Source: a virus (Duplodnaviria > Caudoviricetes). Taken from it: DNA of 64,000 nucleotides. Positions 57,801 to 64,000 of the stretch are shown here, piece after piece. The position numbers and the translations under genes are program-made. The stretch's first letter is position 1; every line of letters begins with the position of its first letter. The stretch lies in IMG/VR virus record IMGVR_UViG_3300027969_000040. One strand, 5' to 3'. A model generated the notes under the pieces. It was given only the letters and a program-made list of their open reading frames with translations. It did not search any database and was not told the origin of the DNA.

Positions 57801-59332
57801 GGACCATTGTCGACTAATGTGCTGTTCTGCAAAGTCAACATTGTCGTGCCTGCAATGTTGGACAAGTTAGTGGTCTGTGGTGTAAAGTTGGCAGTATAAA
57901 CTGCTGTGCCATTTACGGTACGCAAATTGGAAATGTAAACGTTAGCCGAATATGTGTTCTGTCCAGTAGCAGCACCATCTCTTAAATTACCAATCCATAT
58001 GCTACTGCTGGTTTGAGCAATGTTGGCACCGGCACCACTAGCCGCAGCCACTGAGGTAACGTCTTGATATCCGTTTATGTATAGATAAACATTTCCATTT
58101 TGTCGAGTGGCCGCCACATGTGTCCACTGCCCGGTTGGAACACGCATACTACTGGTAGCTCTAGTGGTTGCGCCGGTTCCCCAGAAGAAATCAAGGCTGG
58201 TGCCGTTAAGTCCAAACGCCCAAGGCTGAGCTAGTGCGCCGGTTCTGGTATCAACAATGCCGGTGTAGGTGGCTCCATAAGCATTGAGATAGATCCATGC
58301 TTCTACTGTAAAGTCATTGAAAAAGAATGTTAGAGGGTAAACTGCCGATACCACCGATGGTACAGTTGTGCTAAAAGTGGCTGCGTTAACATTGTTTACT
58401 ACAGTGTTATTAACGCTAGCGTCTACTAGTTTATTAGCATCACTCTTAACCGATAGCAATAATGATGTACCAGTAACAATGCCAAGCGGCACCCGAGGAC
58501 TAAAGGCTGCGGTATATACTGCTGTACCTTTAACAATACGGAAATTGGTGATTAATCCATTAAAATATCTAGTAGAGCCGTCGGCAACACTACTACCTAT
58601 AGTCAATGTGTTGTTATCAGTATTACTCATGGTGAATGCCGTAGTAAATGGAGTACCGGCTACTGCGCCATTTACCCATGCAGTAAAGTTGGTTCCGCTG
58701 CGTACTAGAGCAAAATGATGCCAAGTATTGATGGCAAAAGTACCAGATGGGAAGTTAATGTTGGCACCTGCTGCGCCGCCATCACCAACAATAAATTGTC
58801 CACCAGATCCGCTCATGAATGCTGCATATGATGGGTTGAAAGAACTGGTAGTACCACCTTTCCAAAAGAAAACTTGTTCGCCTGTCACTGACCGAGGATA
58901 CACCCATAACTCAACTGTCCAGTTTCCTGCACCTGCTGCCAGATCAAGCGGACCACTAGTAGTTCCGGTTATTGACAAATACTGTGAGGTTCCGCTGAAA
59001 CTCAAACTGCCAGCTGCAGATGTTGTGACATTAGATGTTGTGGTTGCAACAGTAAGATAATCAAAAGTGCTATAACCATTAAACCAGTGACTGTATGTGG
59101 GCACGTAAGGCAGTATAGCACTATCGCCGCCGCGAGCCGAAACATTGCCGCCGCTGCCAACTATGACGTTGGCTGTGGATCCAGCTGGTATCCGTAGATT
59201 ACCAATGTAAACTAATCCCCCTGCTCCGCCACCTGCGCCACGCAGGTTATAGTTTGTGCCGCCGCCACCGCCGCCGGCTACTACCAGTGTTTCGACTGTG
59301 ACGTTTGATGAAAATGAGCTACTTATTGTCAT
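54815..59332 (-). CDS. Large fibre protein: four LamG-like domains and Gly-rich domains
   Basis: Four [WF]T[VA]ExW...SN[LF]R..KG.AVYT units; GGGGG tracts; HTFT motif. Confidence 0.8.
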   Translation of the reverse strand: MTISSSFSSNVTVETLVVAGGGGGGTNYNLRGAGGGAGGLVYIGNLRIPAGSTANVIVGSGGNVSARGGDSAILPYVPTYSHWFNGYSTFDYLTVATTTSNVTTSAAGSLSFSGTSQYLSITGTTSGPLDLAAGAGNWTVELWVYPRSVTGEQVFFWKGGTTSSFNPSYAAFMSGSGGQFIVGDGGAAGANINFPSGTFAINTWHHFALVRSGTNFTAWVNGAVAGTPFTTAFTMSNTDNNTLTIGSSVADGSTRYFNGLITNFRIVKGTAVYTAAFSPRVPLGIVTGTSLLLSVKSDANKLVDASVNNTVVNNVNAATFSTTVPSVVSAVYPLTFFFNDFTVEAWIYLNAYGATYTGIVDTRTGALAQPWAFGLNGTSLDFFWGTGATTRATSSMRVPTGQWTHVAATRQNGNVYLYINGYQDVTSVAAASGAGANIAQTSSSIWIGNLRDGAATGQNTYSANVYISNLRTVNGTAVYTANFTPQTTNLSNIAGTTMLTLQNSTLVDNGPYNLPIVKYYGSVSPSIFSQTTPSTDGYASVYFNGATLLQYTNSTALTTVPAVDTSVNQFTVTSTASIPNVIATAPAITPLGTVNSISFAGSQYLTVTANAAFAYGTGSFTVECWVYITTALVAGAFVGPWTGTAATSSWVFTQGSPTATNLRFGVSDGTTATFYQGGGGLSINTWIHVAAVRNGTTLTLYSNGTSVSTNAGISTNISVASQALQINGIAGATFLTTGYISNLRIVKGAAVYTGNFTVPTAPLTITQSSSGANIAAITGSQTSLLLQPVAGWTAECWVNPSGDYSTYRTVFAKRVNATATTEYEGYLRLTSGVISFYNGTNYESTTTLTANTWSHCAWVYTGTNIVIYVNGTQVYTSAVTITTNTEPMIIGGVRTGSEYFLGYLSNFRFTRGMVYTGAFTPPTRPFAATQTVSGNIAAITGNIDNRTNLLVLQSSTYKDNSANNYLYGYTYTINTGTPLIKTDVVPFIDPVRGVIAYGGGGGGFNDSTPNANSGGSGGASWYPGYTALSSSQPTTSYYNGTAYTNTGFGNTGGVGGAVQPYGGGGGGAGGAGDSVSVGTANGGIGRQYTISGVPTYYAGGGSSAGYPLNAGYLLSSGGLGGGGQGDNSVWAATQVTGYTGSTGTVNATANGSPYTGGGGGSGGWGGSGIVIMRYLGTQIATGGTVTSIGGYTIHTFTTAGTFTIAANISIGSAGGNGGPYAGGGGGAAGYLGFGGNGAAGSSLAAGSYGIGGGGGGGGSSATFGGGGGGVDIWGPGGYSGAGGAAGQPGTGGGPEVTLGLTGNGAQPGFGSNGGLYGGGGGGGVTSSLDTSRGWGANGAFALVYSTTSSTYTYPYISPLNLVYLGNLQSTNTTAIGSNVDVIVLDNTIDQQVYNTLGYGPTNANSNVIYEYPTNNNTALVTIARAPVDGNNIVGSTDINITVNYQAEWMLRNSDPAFPATYDKPFNYQYAQPITTTNDPRKLTLKATYITKTGTQDDSTEPDQYL

Positions 59333-59378
59333 ACTAGTTATTTAACTGAAAACAAATGTCACTATTTCACCCATAACA

Positions 59379-62300
59379 TTAAAATGTCATTGAAATACTG
59401 CCAGCAGTACACACATATATTTTATATCCATTTTCTGTAACAGTTGTATAAGATCCTGTAATAGAAGACGGGGCTGGATATATATCTGGCCACCAAAAAA
59501 TTGCAACTCCGCTGCCCCCGGTACCAAGGCCGTTACCACCATTACCAGTGTTGGCAGTTGCCGTGCCGCCACCTCCGCCCGAAGAGCCACCAACAGCGTA
59601 AGTTTTTGTATATGTTGCACTCGGAGTAGTAACTAGTAAGCCCAGTCCTGCAGCACCGGCTGCGCCGCCAGCAATTGCATTTCCTCCGGGGCCGCCTGCA
59701 CCACCGCCACCGCCTGCTCCTATTGTGTAACTTCCATTGCCGCCACTGTAACCATATCCGCCTGAAGTAGATCCGGGTTGAGTCGCACTTGCACCCGTTG
59801 GGCTCCCAGAACCATTGGAGCCGCCGCCGCCGCCACCTGAACCCCCGGGTGACCCATTACTGCCGTAAATGCTACTGCTGCCACCACCGGCGCCGCCACC
59901 TAATGCAATTCTATTAAAACTACTTAAAGTGCAAGTAACCGAACTGTTTGTACCATTAACATTTGGGGCGCCGCCTGTGCCAACTTGTACTGTTACAAAA
60001 GTGTTTAAATTTGCAAGTACAATGAAAGTGCCAGTTACTAAACCGCCTGCTCCGCCACCACCTGCACTGTTATCAGCTGGAGATCCGCCACCGCCGCCAC
60101 CACCGACAATCATGTAGTTTATAGTTATTGAAGTAGCCGGTGGTAACATATTAATATAACTAGTTGAAGTAAATTTATGCAACCAATAATTGGTTCCGCT
60201 GTAAGAAACGGATTGTACTAAATCGCCACCGGTGCTGCGTTGCAGGCCAGCATACCAGAAGTAAGCTACTCCAGCATTGCCTGCAACACCATATCCAACT
60301 CGGCCACCGCCACCACCATAGTTAACACTGCTATTGGCTGCATATCCACCATCTGAATATCTGGCAATGACATTGCCCAGGATGTTAACTGCTATGGGCC
60401 CGCTACTAGATGCTACTGTGGGGACGACGGTACCGTTATAAGAGACATTGACACTGGTTACAGTGAGATTATTAACGCTGGAATCGGTCAAATATGATCC
60501 GCTACTGTTAACCAATAACAATAACGATGTGTTGGTAACCGCACTCAACAGTATAGGAGTAAATGTGCTCTTGTATACTGCTGTGCCATTGACGATCCTG
60601 ATATTGGTCATGTAACCTTGATACCAAGCTACTCCAGCGGTAGTTTCGTTTGGAGTATACCCAATGCCAAATGATCCTGCTAGCCTTACTGCGCCACTCA
60701 TAGCACCAGAACCAGCTGGAGAGCCATTTATATAGAATGTGTATGTTGACCCACTTCTTACCAGTGCTATATGACACCATTGATTTAGTGTGATTGTGCC
60801 GGCACTAGTGAAAGTGCCTCCACTTTTGATATTACCATTTCCAGCAATAGACCAGTCCATTTGCAATGTGTTATTTGTGTTTATAAACATCATCCAACCT
60901 CGGCCAGGGCTTGGGCCGGCCTGACAGCTCATAAAACACACACTGGATGCAACTTGTTTGTATACCCAAGCTTCGAGTGTAAAATCAGCAGTCAAATTAA
61001 ATGCTGCATTACCGGGCGAGGTCAGTGTGGCATTGGTACCGTTAAAGTAAAAACTACCACCAGCAGCGGTAGCCGATGCGCCCGTACTAGGAACCACTGT
61101 GCTGCTAAAGGTTGCGCCACTGATAGTTGGGGTAAAATTATTACTGCTACTGTCAACTGCTCTGTTGGTATTGTTGGCAACAGTCAGCAATAGTGATGTA
61201 CCAGAAACCAGCGCCAATGGTACTGTTGGAGCAAAGCTACTGGTGTATACCGCAGTGCCTTTGACTATTCTAACATTGGTTATGTATCCACGAAAGAACC
61301 AAGTTGGGTTTGATGCGTCATTATTGGCACCAATGAACAGTGGATCAGAACTTGTTACAAGTGTTACCGCTGCGGTGGTAGCAACTTGTGCGCCGTTTAA
61401 ATAAAGATAAAAACTAGCACCGTTTCTAACAAAAGCCGCATGATACCAAGTGTTTAAACTGGTAGCAGGACCACCACTCATGCCACCAGAAGTATTCCAG
61501 CTTGCACCAATGCCGCCTACACCGTTATAACTAGCATACATTGCAAATGATCGGCCGGGGCCCGAGTGCCATAGGTATACTAAACTGCCGCCTTGGTTAG
61601 TACCAGGATAGGCAGTTTGATAAAACCAACATTCAACAGTAAAATTGCCTCCACCGAACGCCCAAGCAGCATTAGTTGGATAACTTACATAACTAGAACC
61701 ATTAAACACCAAGCTACCCGATGCTGTTGTACCTGCTGTGTTTGATGCTGATGGTACTACACTACTGCTGTAAGTTACACTGCCAACGTTGGTTAGCGTA
61801 ACTGGACTTGCGCTTGAATCCGTTATTTTATTGGCATCGCTGTTGACTAATAACAGTAACGATGTGTTGGTGATGTTAGATAACGGTACAGTTGGAGAAA
61901 ACGCAGAGGTATATACTGCGGTACCTTTTACTATACGAATGTTAGTGAGGTAACCACGATAATAACGACCAGCTTCATTATGTCTTCCTATTGTTTGACT
62001 AGTACCTCCGGCATCAATTGCACGAGTCTCACTGGCATTGTAGTCTATAACACCATTAACAAAAATTTTAAATGTAGAACTTTGTCTTGTCCAAGCTATA
62101 TGTGTCCAGGCGTTTAATGGAATGATAGTAGCACCAGATGGATTTCCTGTGGCTCCTATTATTTGCATGTAAGCATACATATTACCTGCAGATACAAATA
62201 AGCCAACATTCCACGACGTGTTTCCAGATCCTGATCTTGCATCTATTAACCCTGCATATATACCATCGGGTGCAAACGAGGTAGGATATACCCACATCTC

Positions 62301-63794
62301 TATAGTTAAATCTCCAGTACCAAACGAAAGCGCAGTTTGTGCCGAAAATGTAAGAGTTTGGCTAGTACCATTAAAAAACAAACTACCCAAGGCATAACTA
62401 GTTAAATTACTTCCACCACTGCCGCCACCAAACCCACCTTGATTTCCGGCTGCACCTCCGGTTCCGTAACCGCCCCACGTACTACTGGGTTGCAATCCGG
62501 CGCCGCCAGCACCACTAACCACGCTAGGGCTGTATCCGCCGCCGCCGCCGCTGCCGCCAGGCTGGCCAGAATCTCCGGTTAATGCACTGCCGCCTGCGCC
62601 GCCGCCAATGGCAACTACACCATTGTCACCAAATACTGATGTGCCAATTGCACTGGTGTTGCCACCATTGCTGCCCAAGCTGCCGCCCGACCCAATGGTG
62701 ACTAAACTGTTTCCACTAGTGGACGATGTTATCCCAATTGATCCCAACACCACACCACCACCACCTCCTGTGCCCGGACTGACTGCAGATACTGAGCCAT
62801 CTGCGCCTGCGCCACCACCGCCGGCTACTAATAGATAGTACAAATAAGATTCAGCAGCGAATGTCAATGTATAAAATTTATCAATACTACTGCCACTAGT
62901 TGATGTTGCATTAATTGTAATAAGGTAACCATCAGACAGGGAAGGACTTACTTGTTGGGTATAAGACAATACACCAGTGGATGAATTTATTACTAAACCG
63001 GTTGGACCATTAGCGACACTGTAAGTTATAGTACCACCATTGGAGTCTTGTGCAGTAAACGTATCAATTGAAGAATACGTGCTATTAATAATACTACCGG
63101 TGGTACCGCCGGTTAACCAATTCATATTGCCGCCGCCGGTTCCTCCAGCTGCATATATTGCAGGTGCAGTTGCTGCTGCATCAATGAAATACGTTGCGTC
63201 TCCGTTATCACCGGCACTGGTTCCCGGACCGCCACGCCCGCCCACAACAATGGTATAACTGGTACCAGGCGTCACTGCATAAGCATTATAGTAATCAATT
63301 AAGCCTCCAGCGCCGCCAGTGCCGCCGGCAGCTTTTTGTTGGCCGCCCCCACCACCACCCACACCTACCATACTTATACTGGTTACACCCTCAGGGCAAG
63401 TCCAAGTATAAGTGCCGGGGGTGGTATAAGTTACTGTTGCATATGCACTAACGTTTGAAACTATGTTACCATATGTGTAATTTAATCCCCCACCAAGTAC
63501 TGATGTAGTACTAGTAACTGCAAAACTGTTTGCGTTGGCAGTTATGCTAGTGACATCATCATCTATAATGTAAATTGACTGACCAATATTAGCACCAGCA
63601 TACCCAATTGTGGTTATAACATTCGCCAATACCGGAGTTGTAGATATTGATCTTATGTTGCTTTGGGTGAATACGCTAGTTTCACTGAGATTGAGCCCCA
63701 CTGTGGTCTTGACCAATGAGGAATCACTTTGTACAACAGTTATCGTCGTGAGACGATTGACAACTAGATCAAGATTGGATAGTATAGCAGACAC
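59379..63794 (-). CDS. Large fibre protein: three LamG-like domains and Gly-rich domains
   Basis: Three TNIRIVKGTAVY-type units; three LLVAGGGG-type Gly-rich blocks. Confidence 0.8.
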   Translation of the reverse strand: MSAILSNLDLVVNRLTTITVVQSDSSLVKTTVGLNLSETSVFTQSNIRSISTTPVLANVITTIGYAGANIGQSIYIIDDDVTSITANANSFAVTSTTSVLGGGLNYTYGNIVSNVSAYATVTYTTPGTYTWTCPEGVTSISMVGVGGGGGGQQKAAGGTGGAGGLIDYYNAYAVTPGTSYTIVVGGRGGPGTSAGDNGDATYFIDAAATAPAIYAAGGTGGGNMNWLTGGTTGSIINSTYSSIDTFTAQDSNGGTITYSVANGPTGLVINSSTGVLSYTQQVSPSLSDGYLITINATSTSGSSIDKFYTLTFAAESYLYYLLVAGGGGAGADGSVSAVSPGTGGGGGVVLGSIGITSSTSGNSLVTIGSGGSLGSNGGNTSAIGTSVFGDNGVVAIGGGAGGSALTGDSGQPGGSGGGGGYSPSVVSGAGGAGLQPSSTWGGYGTGGAAGNQGGFGGGSGGSNLTSYALGSLFFNGTSQTLTFSAQTALSFGTGDLTIEMWVYPTSFAPDGIYAGLIDARSGSGNTSWNVGLFVSAGNMYAYMQIIGATGNPSGATIIPLNAWTHIAWTRQSSTFKIFVNGVIDYNASETRAIDAGGTSQTIGRHNEAGRYYRGYLTNIRIVKGTAVYTSAFSPTVPLSNITNTSLLLLVNSDANKITDSSASPVTLTNVGSVTYSSSVVPSASNTAGTTASGSLVFNGSSYVSYPTNAAWAFGGGNFTVECWFYQTAYPGTNQGGSLVYLWHSGPGRSFAMYASYNGVGGIGASWNTSGGMSGGPATSLNTWYHAAFVRNGASFYLYLNGAQVATTAAVTLVTSSDPLFIGANNDASNPTWFFRGYITNVRIVKGTAVYTSSFAPTVPLALVSGTSLLLTVANNTNRAVDSSSNNFTPTISGATFSSTVVPSTGASATAAGGSFYFNGTNATLTSPGNAAFNLTADFTLEAWVYKQVASSVCFMSCQAGPSPGRGWMMFINTNNTLQMDWSIAGNGNIKSGGTFTSAGTITLNQWCHIALVRSGSTYTFYINGSPAGSGAMSGAVRLAGSFGIGYTPNETTAGVAWYQGYMTNIRIVNGTAVYKSTFTPILLSAVTNTSLLLLVNSSGSYLTDSSVNNLTVTSVNVSYNGTVVPTVASSSGPIAVNILGNVIARYSDGGYAANSSVNYGGGGGRVGYGVAGNAGVAYFWYAGLQRSTGGDLVQSVSYSGTNYWLHKFTSTSYINMLPPATSITINYMIVGGGGGGGSPADNSAGGGGAGGLVTGTFIVLANLNTFVTVQVGTGGAPNVNGTNSSVTCTLSSFNRIALGGGAGGGSSSIYGSNGSPGGSGGGGGGSNGSGSPTGASATQPGSTSGGYGYSGGNGSYTIGAGGGGGAGGPGGNAIAGGAAGAAGLGLLVTTPSATYTKTYAVGGSSGGGGGTATANTGNGGNGLGTGGSGVAIFWWPDIYPAPSSITGSYTTVTENGYKIYVCTAGSISMTF

Positions 63795-63803
63795 AATCTA
63801 CCC

Positions 63804-64000
63804 TCATACCGACACGCTGGCAATAATATTGCTAACGCCTCCGCCTGAAATGGTGACTGCTGCATTGACATCTGCGCTAGCCGATGTGGTTACTGTGGTA
63901 GTGTAGTTACTACCACCAAACAACATGCTGCCGCCATCAATGACCAGTTTAACTGTGGTGCTAATCCTATTTCCGCTGGCATCAAGTGCTTTAACTGCCA
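63804..64000 (-). CDS. C-terminal fragment of a structural protein running off the window
   Basis: Open frame ...AVKALDASGNRISTTVKLVIDGG...IIASVSV ending in TGA at 63804-63806. Confidence 0.65.
   Translation of the reverse strand, partial: AVKALDASGNRISTTVKLVIDGGSMLFGGSNYTTTVTTSASADVNAAVTISGGGVSNIIASVSV

Noticed and set aside
55300-63400. GC-rich ccgccgcc tracts as foreign DNA or tandem repeats
   Set aside because: They are explained by poly-Gly codons on the minus strand of the fibre genes.
35511-63906. Long antisense ORFs in the track (e.g. 35511-35912, 40398-40748, 58368-58718, 61099-61404)
   Set aside because: They are shadows of strongly supported opposite-strand genes, with low-complexity translations and no RBS.
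1-64000. Stop-codon reassignment
   Set aside because: Standard-code ORFs tile the window densely and core genes are full length.

Overview
A 64-kb segment of a large, AT-rich, T4-like (jumbo-type) contractile-tailed phage, almost entirely coded on the minus strand. Order along the window: a repeat-built fibre-like protein; a replication-related block (miniature DnaE-like protein, zinc-finger protein, clamp-loader A-like subunit, UvsW); an early region of small genes containing a junction-linked paralog array and consensus sigma70 promoters; a glycosyl/methyltransferase island; uvsY-uvsX-gp32; head and packaging genes; tail tube, sheath and neck genes (gp19, gp18, gp13, gp14, gp15); a second glycosylation block; and three large LamG/Gly-rich fibre genes. 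The most interesting signals are: (i) two glycan-building blocks, one with three GT9-like enzymes and one with a four-domain glycosyltransferase directly beside Ser/Thr-rich fibre genes; (ii) an 18-bp palindrome TGT(T/G)GT-N6-(A/G)C(A/C)ACA at fixed positions upstream of four early promoters; (iii) a gene array whose junctions encode both one protein's C-terminus and the next gene's RBS and start; (iv) a 187-aa protein that keeps the family-C polymerase catalytic motifs. All family assignments come from recognising motifs by eye, not from database searches. No tRNA, rRNA or CRISPR array was seen.
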